Source: Acidimicrobiia bacterium (GTDB taxonomy: Bacteria; Actinomycetota; Acidimicrobiia; Spongiisociales; Spongiisociaceae). Taken from it: 30,327 bases of DNA. Positions within the stretch are counted from its first letter, which is position 1. Each line of letters opens with the position of its first letter. Made by a program: the position numbers and the translations under genes. The notes beneath the pieces are model-generated. The model saw only the letters and a program-made list of their open reading frames with translations, had not been told where the DNA came from and did not search any database. Below are positions 1 through 9,139 of this stretch, one piece after another. The stretch lies in assembly GCA_041576165.1 (NCBI GenBank), contig JBFGLM010000053.1, positions 1 to 30,327 on the forward strand, written 5' to 3'.

Positions 1-491
1 CTCGGAATCGTCTCGTTCGTCGCGGCGCTGGTCGCCGGGCTCACTGCCGCCCAGTTCGACACGGCGGCCGCTCCGCAGCTGCCCGGATGGGCCGTCATCG
101 TTGCCGTTGCGGCGGGTCTGGCCGGCTGGGTTCTGGGCATGTGGCGGGACCTCCACACCCTGTGCCGGTGACGAGCGCACCGGCTCCAGCGCCGCCCCTG
201 CTACGACCTGGCAGCGGGCCACACGGTCGTATGGTTGGGCAGGACCCCGGCCTCGGCTGTGATGCGCATCATGGCTCTCGGCGTCGCTGCAATCGGCGTC
301 GTGCTCCGGTGGTTGGCGTCCTGGTGGCTGCAGGCGCGGGTCGGGCGGGGAACGCGCGTGTCGCCGGACCTGGACGTCGCCAGGCTGGTTTAGCCGATGT
401 GATCGATGATCTCGTTGTTCGGGCCGGGCGTTTGGGTCTGTCGCCGGCGCAGGTGTTCGACTTGGTGCCCAAACGTCTTGATCAAACCTGA
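1..491 (+). pseudogene. Probable decayed membrane-protein gene (DUF1648-like) joined to the 3' remnant of a GntR/YtrA-type regulator; 5' end lies outside the window
   Basis: Frame 1 is hydrophobic (LGIVSFVAALVAGL...GWVLGMWRD) and stops at 169-171. Protein-like text continues by switching frames: PVPVTSAPAP (frame 3), YDLAAGHTVVWLGRT...ALGVAAIGVVL and LQARVGRGTRVS (frame 1, GntR wing-like RGRGTxV), then LADVIDDLVVRAGRLGLSPAQVFDLV (frame 3, YtrA-like C-terminal helices) to TGA 489-491. Confidence 0.4.
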
Positions 492-502
492 CCGGCGGCC
501 GG

Positions 503-895
503 TCAGTCGTTCAGCGCGCCGGGGTCGGCCGGCACATCGACCGCATAGAGCTTTAGCACGTCGAGCGGCACGATCTCCAGTGCGCCCTCGTGCGTTGCGG
601 CCAGCACTACCGGCGCGGCGACGCCATCGAGATGGGCGCGCAGCCAGTTGACGGCGGTGACGCACCAGCGGTCGCCCGGCGAGACCCCCGGAAAGCGGTA
701 CGCCGGCATGGGGGTGGTGAGGTCGTTGCCAATGCTGAGCTGGTGCTCGAGGAACTCCTGCGTCACGACCGCACAGATCGTGTGGCTCCCGATGTCCTCC
801 GGTCCCGTATTGCAGGCTCCGTCGCGATAGAAACCGGTCAGTGGATCTGTTCCACATGACTCGAGCCGGCCACCGAGCACGTTGTTGACGCTCAC
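503..895 (-). CDS. DUF2237 family protein
   Basis: Family-typical motifs NVLGGRLESCGTDPLTGFYRDG.C.TG..D.GSHT.CAV, GNDL.TP and PGDRWC; GTG start 7 nt after a CATACT -10-like hexamer. Confidence 0.92.
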   Translation of the reverse strand: MSVNNVLGGRLESCGTDPLTGFYRDGACNTGPEDIGSHTICAVVTQEFLEHQLSIGNDLTTPMPAYRFPGVSPGDRWCVTAVNWLRAHLDGVAAPVVLAATHEGALEIVPLDVLKLYAVDVPADPGALND

Positions 896-998
896 GTCTG
901 CAGTATGCCCGATCGGGCTGCGGCCCGTCGCGAGCCGAGCGGCTCGTCTCGACCGGGCTGGAGGAGAATGTGGTAGACCCCGGGCTAGAGGAGACGGG

Positions 999-3900
999 AT
1001 GCAGCTCGACGCCAGTGCGGGGATGGCGCAAATACCCGCCGAAGCTTTCGTTCGATACGTACCTCGTGTGCTTGCCGAGTGGGAGTTCGATGCCGGGACG
1101 AGCCACCATCAGGAGATCGACGGCAGCCTCGTCCTCGTCGACATATCGGGCTTCACCCCGCTGTCCGAGCGGCTGGCCCGACGAGGCAGGATTGGTGCGG
1201 AGCAGCTCACCGATGTCCTGAATGCCGTGTTCGGCGACATGCTGCGCACCGTCTACAACCGAGGCGGAGCGCTGGTCAAGTTCGGCGGCGACGCTCTGCT
1301 GCTGTTGTTCCGGGACAAAGACCATGCCCGACAGGCCGCAGATGCTGCAGTTGAGATGCGCGGTGCCCTGCGCTCGAGCACTGCCACCAGGCAGCATCTC
1401 GGTTCGGCCGACCTGCGGCTCACTGCGGGCGTGTACAGCGGGCCCGTCCACCTCTTCCGCCCCGGCTCGATTCACCACGAGCTGATCGTGGCCGGACCCG
1501 GCGCCGACTCGGTGGCACGCTTGGAGAAGCAGGCCAGCCCCGGTCAGATCATGGTCTCGCAACAGACCGCGCTCGCCCTGCCGGCGTCGGCAACCCGGCC
1601 GTCGGACGGTGACGGACTCCTGCTGCGTTGGAGGTCGGCTCGCGGAGCCGAGACCGGGTGGACCGCCCGCCGCAGGGTAGACGACGCAATGGTGCGCAAG
1701 TGCATCCCAATCGCGCTGCGTGAGCATCTGGAGCACGGCCCGCCCGATCCCGACCACCGCCAGGCCGTCGCTGCGTTCGTCTCGTTCACAGGGCTCAGCC
1801 AATTGTTGGAGCGCGAGGGACCAGGGGCGCTGGCAGATCATCTTCAGCGGATTGTCGGTTCGGTGCAGGAGCATGCTCGGGAAGAAGGCGCGACCTTTCT
1901 GGCGACAGATGTCGATCGGGACGGTGGCAAGATCATCCTCGCCACCGGCGTTCCGGCCGCCGGAGAGGATCCGGACGGCCAGATGCTGCGGACGGTCCGC
2001 AGCATCATCGACGACGTCGGTTCCCTGGGTGTTCGTGCGGGTGTGGCGCGAGGCCACGTGTTTGCCGGAGACGTGGGTCTCTCCTATCGGAGGACCTACA
2101 CGGTGATTGGCCGGACCGTGAACATTGCAGCCCGCCTGGCTGCGGCCGCGCCGACCGGATCGCTCTTGACCACAGCGGCCGTCCTCAGCCGTGCGCGACC
2201 GCTGTTCCAGACAAAGCGGCTCGAGCCCATGGCGCTGAAAGGACTCGAGGCACCAATCACCCCGTTTCGGGTAGGAGGCGAGCGGGGGGTGCGACCCGAG
2301 GCGGCCGGCGACGTGCGGTTTGTCGGGCGAAGGTCCGAGCTCGACGCGATCTGCGCGGCGGCGCCCGGGCCGGGGTCGACCGGCGCGGTGTTCGGAGTGG
2401 TGGGGGAGCGAGGTATAGGCAAGACCCGGCTCCTCGCCGAAGTGGCGGGCCGGACACAACTCACCGTGTTCGACATCATTTCAGAGCCATACGGCCAAGA
2501 TGCTCCATATCGCGCCATCCGTGATTCGCTCCGCGCTCTGCTGGGCGTTGAACGGGCTCAGCCAGATCGCATGGCCGCCGAAATCCGCGAAGCGATTGCG
2601 GCGGTTCGTCCGGACCTCGCCGGCCTGGCGCCCCTGATCGCTGCCGCGGCCCACGTACCAATGGATGAGACGCCCGACTCAGCAGTCATCGCGCCGCGGT
2701 TTCGTGTTGCACGTACGGCCGACGTCATCATCGCGTTACTCGAGAAACTCCGGCCCGGCCCCTTGCTGCTCCGCGTGGAAGACGTCCATTGGCTGGATGA
2801 TGCGACCGACCAGCTCGTCCAGCGCCTGGCGGCCGCAGCATCGGATCACCCCTGGCTGGTTGTAGGCACCGGGCGCCGACCACCGCAGTTCAGCCATCAT
2901 CTCATCGAGCTGGCGCCCCTGTCGGATGCCGACGCCGCTGCGATGGTCGAGTCGGCAACAGAACACGCGCCACTGCGTCCGCACGACATCCAAGAGCTCG
3001 TGACACGGGCCGCCGGCAATCCTCTGTTCCTAGAGGAGATGCTCCGGGCGGTCACAGTGGATCCCGACGCAGCCGGCCTCCCCGAGGCGATCGATGCGAT
3101 CGTCACGATTCAGATCGACGCCCTCGACCATGGGTCTCGGCGCATCCTGCGGACGGCCAGCGTGCTCGGCCGCAGTTTTCCCGTGGCCGGACTGGCCGCC
3201 CTGCTGCAGCGCGACGGGGGTGATGCTCTTCGAATGGTGCCAGACGCTCTGACTCCGTTCCTCCGGGATGACGGACGCGGGCGACTCTGGTTCCGTAACG
3301 CCCTGGTCCGCGACGTGGCCTACGCCGGTCTCCCCTTCGCCCGCCGGCGTCGCTTGCACTCCTACGCCGCCGAGGTGGTGGAGGAATACTCGGCGGGAGC
3401 CACAGAAGAGGCCTCACCAACTCTGGCGCTCCATTACGCAGCCGCCGGCGACGACGTCAACGCTTGGCGCTATTCGGTGATGGCTGGGCACCATGCGCGG
3501 GCGGCCCACGCCAACGACGATGCCGCCCAGCATTACCGAAGGGGGTTGGAGGCGGCGAGGCGACTGGCCGCGGTCGACGATGCGGCCCGGGCAGAGGTGT
3601 GGTGGGCGCTCGGTGTGGTGTATGAACAAGCGGGCCGGTTCGAAGATTCCCTCGCCGCCCTGCGGCGGGCATCCCGCCTCTTCCGCGCCGACGGGGTCGC
3701 CGTTGCTCGGATACACGTTGACCGGGCACTGGCCAGGATGCGGATCGGTGCCTATCCGGCCGCGCTGGCCGACATTTCTCGCGGCCTGGGGCTCATCGCT
3801 GACGCAGCCGGCGACGAAGCCGAGTCGGTGAGGTGTCAACTCCTCTCCATCCGAGCCAGCGTCCGGCAGGCGCAGTGGAATTCGGCACTTGCGCTCGAGG

Positions 3901-4775
3901 TCGGCAGCGAGGTGGTAGGGCTCGCCAAGAGGGGACGCGACGACAAGGCGCTGGCGCGGGCCCACAGCGTGCTCCATTGGGCCTCGATCATGCAGGGGCT
4001 TCCCGACGCCGGCGACCATGCCCGCGTCGCGATGGAGATTTACGATGAGCTGGCCGATCTCGATGGGACGGCCCACACCACCAACGCAGTCGGGGCCGAG
4101 GCATATTTCGACGGTCGGTGGGACGACGCCATCGAGGCCTATGAAGCGAGCCGGTCCGCATTCGAGCGTGCCGGCAACGAGACGGGCGCAGCGGTTGCAT
4201 CGAGCAACATCGGCGAGGTCATGGTCAACCAGCGCCGGTTCGAGGATGCCCGCCAACTGCTCGTGTCGGCGGTTCGCACCCTCCAGGCGGCGGGGAGCGC
4301 CAACGACACGCTCTTCGCCGAGATTCAGCTGGCTCGGGCTCTCCGGGGCTTGGGCGAGCAGGCCGCCGCCATCTCTGCGCTGGAAGCGGTGCGTGGCCGG
4401 GCACGACGCGAGGGGCAGGTTTTCGCAGCGGTCGAGGCGGCCCTCCACCTGGCGCACGCGCTCGTCGACGCGGGCCAACTCGGCCGGGCCGGAGCATTGC
4501 TCCGCGAGGCTGAAGACGGCGCCGGCGCCGACGACGTCGTGGTCACAACCACCATTGCACGACTGCAGGCAGAACTGGACATCAGCCGCGGCCGGGCGGC
4601 CGTGGCTCGCCGGCGTCTCGATCGAGCACTCGAGCTGGCGACCGCCCACGGCTTGTTGCACGAACAATTCGAGTGTCGCGAGTTGGCGGCGCGGATGCAC
4701 GACGCCGGTGAAAGGCACGTTCTATCTGACCCCGAGATCAGCCGGCTGGCGGGCCGCCTCGGGATCCAGGTGTGA
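999..4775 (+). CDS. Class III adenylate/guanylate cyclase with two cyclase domains, a STAND-like P-loop NTPase and TPR-like repeats
   Basis: Cyclase 1: LVDISGFT and KFGGDA. Cyclase 2: YTVIGRTVNIAARL. Walker A GERGIGKT, Walker B LLRVEDVHWLD, GNPLFLEE, followed by Ala-rich helical repeats. ATG 999 follows AGAGGAG. Confidence 0.9.
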   Translation: MQLDASAGMAQIPAEAFVRYVPRVLAEWEFDAGTSHHQEIDGSLVLVDISGFTPLSERLARRGRIGAEQLTDVLNAVFGDMLRTVYNRGGALVKFGGDALLLLFRDKDHARQAADAAVEMRGALRSSTATRQHLGSADLRLTAGVYSGPVHLFRPGSIHHELIVAGPGADSVARLEKQASPGQIMVSQQTALALPASATRPSDGDGLLLRWRSARGAETGWTARRRVDDAMVRKCIPIALREHLEHGPPDPDHRQAVAAFVSFTGLSQLLEREGPGALADHLQRIVGSVQEHAREEGATFLATDVDRDGGKIILATGVPAAGEDPDGQMLRTVRSIIDDVGSLGVRAGVARGHVFAGDVGLSYRRTYTVIGRTVNIAARLAAAAPTGSLLTTAAVLSRARPLFQTKRLEPMALKGLEAPITPFRVGGERGVRPEAAGDVRFVGRRSELDAICAAAPGPGSTGAVFGVVGERGIGKTRLLAEVAGRTQLTVFDIISEPYGQDAPYRAIRDSLRALLGVERAQPDRMAAEIREAIAAVRPDLAGLAPLIAAAAHVPMDETPDSAVIAPRFRVARTADVIIALLEKLRPGPLLLRVEDVHWLDDATDQLVQRLAAAASDHPWLVVGTGRRPPQFSHHLIELAPLSDADAAAMVESATEHAPLRPHDIQELVTRAAGNPLFLEEMLRAVTVDPDAAGLPEAIDAIVTIQIDALDHGSRRILRTASVLGRSFPVAGLAALLQRDGGDALRMVPDALTPFLRDDGRGRLWFRNALVRDVAYAGLPFARRRRLHSYAAEVVEEYSAGATEEASPTLALHYAAAGDDVNAWRYSVMAGHHARAAHANDDAAQHYRRGLEAARRLAAVDDAARAEVWWALGVVYEQAGRFEDSLAALRRASRLFRADGVAVARIHVDRALARMRIGAYPAALADISRGLGLIADAAGDEAESVRCQLLSIRASVRQAQWNSALALEVGSEVVGLAKRGRDDKALARAHSVLHWASIMQGLPDAGDHARVAMEIYDELADLDGTAHTTNAVGAEAYFDGRWDDAIEAYEASRSAFERAGNETGAAVASSNIGEVMVNQRRFEDARQLLVSAVRTLQAAGSANDTLFAEIQLARALRGLGEQAAAISALEAVRGRARREGQVFAAVEAALHLAHALVDAGQLGRAGALLREAEDGAGADDVVVTTTIARLQAELDISRGRAAVARRRLDRALELATAHGLLHEQFECRELAARMHDAGERHVLSDPEISRLAGRLGIQV

Positions 4776-4777
4776 TG

Positions 4778-6046
4778 TCAATGCGGCCGGAAATTCGGAT
4801 CGTCTTCTCCGAAGAGGAACCACTCAGTCTGGGTATTGCCGGTGCCGGTGACCGATGTGGTCTCCGACACGATGCAATACGTCTCACCGGCGGGCAGCGT
4901 CGCCCCGATCACGGCTCCCGATGCATTGGTCTGCACGGCCTCGCACCACTGAACCGGCACGAACGCACCGGACCCGTCCTTGTCGTAGTCGATGCCCGTA
5001 TGGAGCCCGTCTGCCTCGGCCGTGGTTGGCAAGAACGTGATCGTCACCAGATAGGCCGCGGATTGGGCTGGTCCGGAAGGAGCGAACGAGACTTCCTCGA
5101 AGGGCGCCGCAGTTGCGTCCAGGTTGTAGGGCTTGGGCACACAGGCCGACCCGTCGGTGTTGTCCAGCCGGGTGACTTCCGCCAAGGGGACGGTGGTGCC
5201 GCTGCCTTCGGTGATGGTCTGGCCGCAGTCCAGTGTCCCGTCGAATTGCTGCACGATGTGGAATAGGGAATCGTTGGTCGACAGGATTTCACCCAGCGAC
5301 GGGGTGCTGGACGGGTTGTCCGGGTCGCACGACGCCGTCACGCAGGCGGCGGTCCCGTCGGCCCCACCTTCGAGCGAGCCGGCGGCGTTGGGCTGGGTCG
5401 CGATGAGCGAGAAAACAATCTGGTCGAAGGTCTCGCCGTTTGATGCCTGGAGCAGCCACCGGAAGTTGTCGCCGTCGGCCGAGTCGGGCCCGCAGTCGGA
5501 CCCGGCAGGCGAGCAGTCCAGAAGCACAGAGTCTTGCAGCACGCCATCCCGCAGCAGGTCGGCCTGAAGGACGGCGTCGAATTTGAGTTCGACGTCGACT
5601 TCGCCGAAGTCCATCACCATTCCGGCCAGCTCGTCGTCGGTGCGAGTCGGATCATCAACCAGAGCCATCGACATTTGCTCGGTGTTGTTCAGCTGGCCGC
5701 AGGGCGCGCCTTGCGAGCCGCTGATGCGCACCCCGAGGCCGTCGTCGAATATCCCGATACTGCCGATCGCGGTGAGCGAGACGAGTGGTCCCGCCACGGT
5801 CAACTGGCATTTCCCGGACGGGGGGCCCACCGGCTGGACGGTTCCGACCGAAAAGCCTCCTGCACCGTCGGCAGGATCAAATCGGAAATAGTCGGAGTCC
5901 GCGCCCAGGTGAAGCCGCAACACGCCCTGCTCGATCATGATCCCGGGGGGCTGGCCCACGGCCTGTCTCGTCAATCCGACGGTCGTCACGACGATCGCGA
6001 CGGCCGTGGTCAGGATGACGACCTTGTTACGGATACGAGCAAACAC
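4778..6046 (-). CDS. Secreted hypothetical protein, Cys/Asp/Thr-rich
   Basis: GTG 6046 follows GGAGGT; signal-peptide-like N-terminus (MFARIRNKVVILTTAVAIVVTTVGL...AVG); 10 Cys in the mature part; DYDKDG motif. Confidence 0.8.
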   Translation of the reverse strand: MFARIRNKVVILTTAVAIVVTTVGLTRQAVGQPPGIMIEQGVLRLHLGADSDYFRFDPADGAGGFSVGTVQPVGPPSGKCQLTVAGPLVSLTAIGSIGIFDDGLGVRISGSQGAPCGQLNNTEQMSMALVDDPTRTDDELAGMVMDFGEVDVELKFDAVLQADLLRDGVLQDSVLLDCSPAGSDCGPDSADGDNFRWLLQASNGETFDQIVFSLIATQPNAAGSLEGGADGTAACVTASCDPDNPSSTPSLGEILSTNDSLFHIVQQFDGTLDCGQTITEGSGTTVPLAEVTRLDNTDGSACVPKPYNLDATAAPFEEVSFAPSGPAQSAAYLVTITFLPTTAEADGLHTGIDYDKDGSGAFVPVQWCEAVQTNASGAVIGATLPAGETYCIVSETTSVTGTGNTQTEWFLFGEDDPNFRPH

Positions 6047-6228
6047 GATCCCACCTCCCAGATCAGACCACAGCGGCTTCCTGAGTGGGGTGTCGCCGCA
6101 GAGGGCGGTGGCACACAGCTCGGGCCGAACCGAGCCCCGCACGGGCGAACTCCCAACCAGCTTCGTCGGAAGCTACACGAGCCGGAGCGGGCCGGCGGGC
6201 GCGGGAGCCACCGTCTCGGCTTCGGCCC

Positions 6229-6648
6229 TCACGGCTCGGCGAGGATCCGCACTCGACCCGTCTGCGAGACCGTGACGTGCGCGCCGTCCCGGATGACCGA
6301 GCACGCCGCAGGCATTACCACCACCGGACATGGACGGTCCGGATACATCTCCGCTGCGACCAAGGCGCCCAGTGCAAGTATCGAGTCGGCCTGTTCCATC
6401 ACCAACGCCACCGGCCCGGTCTGTGCGCGGATGCACTCCGCCAGGACCGAAGAGGACGATGACGATCCTCGCCCGTGGGGGAGCACCAGCACGCAGCCGG
6501 CGGTGCCGGCCCCGGCCCGGGGATGATGTTGATCGGTGATCACTCCGGTGTGAGGGTCGACGCCGCCCCACAGGCTCAACGGCTCACTCAGAACCAGCGC
6601 TGGGCCCTCGGCGTTGCCGGCGACCAGTACGTGGGCGGTCAGTTCCAT
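6229..6648 (-). CDS. Aconitase X small (swivel, DUF126) subunit
   Basis: G.AEGPALVL.EPLSLWGGVDP.TG.I.D.HHP and GRGSSSSSSVL; overlaps the large-subunit stop by 10 bp. Confidence 0.9.
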   Translation of the reverse strand: MELTAHVLVAGNAEGPALVLSEPLSLWGGVDPHTGVITDQHHPRAGAGTAGCVLVLPHGRGSSSSSSVLAECIRAQTGPVALVMEQADSILALGALVAAEMYPDRPCPVVVMPAACSVIRDGAHVTVSQTGRVRILAEP

Positions 6649-7892
6649 TGGTCGTCCAGGTTTCGCACCTCGCCGGCGACGGCCGACTCGACGCATTCCG
6701 TGAGCGAGGCGAAGACGACGTCCAGTCCCAGGTTGCCCGGCGCGTAGTGGGCCCACTTGGCTGAATCAGTCATGGCGGTTCCTTCCCCGTCCAAAATGGC
6801 AGTGACATAAGTACAGGTGTCGGTCACGACCCGCACGCCCAGACGCGCCAGGGCTTCGGCGGCGCCGCTCTCCGCCAGAACCTCGCGACCCGTGTTCACG
6901 TACAGACTCACCCGGGGGCTGACCGCCCGCCCGGCGAGCAGGTGCACCAGTGTCCGGAGTTGCGTGGCCGAGTAATGGGGGGTGCCAAGGTTGATCGTAC
7001 GGAGCGGCCGGTCGCCGCGGCGCAAGGTCAAATCCGCCCGCACCTGCTGGATTCGGCTGGGCGTGACCCCAACGGTGCGCACAATCTCGCCCCGGCCGGA
7101 GGCGGCGTCCAGGGTCGGGGCCTCGGGTGTGACACCGACCACGTGGATCAGGCCGACCGTGCCCGAGGCCGCGGCAGCTGCTCCAAGGGCCTTCAGTTGA
7201 TCCTCTTCGGCGTGGTCGATTCCGACGACCGCCGGCACCGCAAGCTCCGTGTCGCGTCCCACCAGGTATCCCAAGACGGCGAAGAAGGCGTCGCTTGCGC
7301 GGAGATCAGCCGACAAGCCGGACACGTCGTAGGCGACCGTCGCCCATCGGTTGTGGTCGAGGTGGAGGCCTGCGGACGGAGCCCGACCAGTGACGGCGGC
7401 GGCGATGTCGATGAAATCTCCGTACCGGTCGCTGCGGGCTCCCAACACCGAGTTGACGAACGCGATCGCGTTCGATTCTGCCCAGGCCACGTGCTCGCCG
7501 AACCGTGGTCGTTCCGGGAGCTGGTAGGGAGCGCACGTCCACGTCGGGCGACATCCCATGGCAAGGTAGGCGTCCATCAGGCGGCGACTCGCTTCCTGCG
7601 TTGCGAGGTCGGAGCGGATCAGCTCTGGATGGAGCAGGTCTAGAGACGATACGTTGAGCGTGGTGGGAACCGTCACGCTCGCCCCGAGGTCGGCAAGGCG
7701 TGCGGCGTAGTCGAGGATGGCCGGCCCGTGATAGAGGCAGCCATCCACGTGGGCGCCGGAAATGTCAAGCAGCTCTACGGCGCCGACCGTCCGAGCCATA
7801 CCCACCACTATCCGCATGGCCATCGCCGACGCCGGGCCATGCTCGCCTTCCAGCATCGCCTCATCGGCCGCGGACAGTTGCAGCATCGTCAT
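6639..7892 (-). CDS. Aconitase X large (catalytic, DUF521) subunit
   Basis: AHVDGCLY, TCAPY, VAWAESNA...NSVLGAR, LKALGAAAAASG...HVVGVTPEA, DTC and MTDSAKWAHY.PG motifs. Confidence 0.9.
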   Translation of the reverse strand: MTMLQLSAADEAMLEGEHGPASAMAMRIVVGMARTVGAVELLDISGAHVDGCLYHGPAILDYAARLADLGASVTVPTTLNVSSLDLLHPELIRSDLATQEASRRLMDAYLAMGCRPTWTCAPYQLPERPRFGEHVAWAESNAIAFVNSVLGARSDRYGDFIDIAAAVTGRAPSAGLHLDHNRWATVAYDVSGLSADLRASDAFFAVLGYLVGRDTELAVPAVVGIDHAEEDQLKALGAAAAASGTVGLIHVVGVTPEAPTLDAASGRGEIVRTVGVTPSRIQQVRADLTLRRGDRPLRTINLGTPHYSATQLRTLVHLLAGRAVSPRVSLYVNTGREVLAESGAAEALARLGVRVVTDTCTYVTAILDGEGTAMTDSAKWAHYAPGNLGLDVVFASLTECVESAVAGEVRNLDDQWN

Positions 7893-7945
7893 GGTCGACC
7901 GAGAGCGTAGGGCATTGTGCGTCGGTCCCCGGTACCGTGCAGGGC

Positions 7946-9067
7946 ATGGATGCGCTGACCAGCTATCGATCGTCATTCACTGAGTCGCCCAGGTTCATGA
8001 ACTTCGCGGGAATCGGCCCCATGTCGCGTAGGGCTGTGGCGGGGCTGGAGGAGCACATCGCGATGCTCACCGTGGGTGACGACTCTTGTATCGAGCTGTT
8101 GTTAGACGCGTGGCAGCACGCCAAGGAGCTCGGCGCCGAACTGCTCGGGATTGACGCCGATCATGTCACGTTCCCATCATCGACCTCGCATGGTTTGTTC
8201 AGTACGGCGTTCGGTCTGTCGGGTGGCAACGCTGTGGTTCCGGCGAACGAATTCCCCGCCAACCTGTACCCGTGGATTCGCGCCGAGCAAATGGGGCGCT
8301 TCGAGCTGCGGCGGGTGCCGGTTCCCGACGGTCGGGTGACAGTCGACTGCTTGCGCGCGGCGGTGGATCGGGACACTGTGGCAGTGGCGGTGAGCGCCGT
8401 GGGGTACACAACCGGGTATCGAGCTGACCTGGCGGCACTTCGGGAAATGGCCGGTGAGGCGCTGCTGGTGGTGGACGCAGTGCAGGCACTGGGAGCGTTG
8501 GGCGTCGACATGTCGCATGCGGACGTGGTCACGGCCGGCTCGCAGAAATGGATGCGGGCCGGAATCGGTTCGGCAATCATCGGCGTATCGGACCGCATGC
8601 TCGAGCGTTACCAACCCGCCCTCACCGGATGGACCGGGGTGGAAGAGATGTTCGGGCCGGCGCCGGCCCCGCACGAGCCCTTGCCGAGCGCTGAGCGCCT
8701 GGCGATGGGATCACCCCCGCTGATGGCGGTAGGAGCGTGGCGGGGTGCGCTCTCGCTGACTCTGGAGGCCGGGATCGCCAACATCGAGCGCTCGGTGCTC
8801 ACCCGTGCGGAGGCGTTTCGTGACGCGCTGGCCGGCACCGGCGTCGAATTCGTCCTGCCCGATCCCGACCGGTCCGAGCTGTCGAGTATCCTCTCGTTCA
8901 CAACTCCGGGTCATGACATCGCCGATGTCGCGGCTTCGCTCGATGCCGAAGGGTTTGTGCTGACATACCGTCCCGAAGAAGGTGTGATCCGGGTGTCGCC
9001 GCACGCCACCACACCTCTCGAGTCGGCGGATGATCTCGGCGAAGCGCTGCGCAAATTGCTGAACTGA
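7946..9067 (+). CDS. Aminotransferase class V fold PLP-dependent enzyme
   Basis: STSHG, EFPANLYPW, VVDAVQ, PLP-lysine motif AGSQKW and IRVSPH. No catalytic Cys loop (RxGHHC/SxGSAC), so probably not a cysteine desulfurase. ATG lies 7 nt after TACCGT. Confidence 0.88.
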   Translation: MDALTSYRSSFTESPRFMNFAGIGPMSRRAVAGLEEHIAMLTVGDDSCIELLLDAWQHAKELGAELLGIDADHVTFPSSTSHGLFSTAFGLSGGNAVVPANEFPANLYPWIRAEQMGRFELRRVPVPDGRVTVDCLRAAVDRDTVAVAVSAVGYTTGYRADLAALREMAGEALLVVDAVQALGALGVDMSHADVVTAGSQKWMRAGIGSAIIGVSDRMLERYQPALTGWTGVEEMFGPAPAPHEPLPSAERLAMGSPPLMAVGAWRGALSLTLEAGIANIERSVLTRAEAFRDALAGTGVEFVLPDPDRSELSSILSFTTPGHDIADVAASLDAEGFVLTYRPEEGVIRVSPHATTPLESADDLGEALRKLLN

Positions 9068-9139
9068 GCGCGTCGGCCGATCGGCCCGGACGGCCCTGGA
9101 TTCCAGATTCCGTCACAGCGGCTCGGTATCGTGACCGCC

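Noticed and set aside
390-2459. 689-aa minus-strand ORF, and similar long antisense ORFs (3414-4718, 9821-10819, 15587-17437, 21153-22481, 27801-29111)
   Set aside because: They lie opposite well-supported genes, have no motifs, and are the expected shadow ORFs of high-GC codon bias.
7946-9067. Class V PLP enzyme as the missing SufS
   Set aside because: It lacks the catalytic Cys motif (RxGHHC) and lies 12 kb from sufB.
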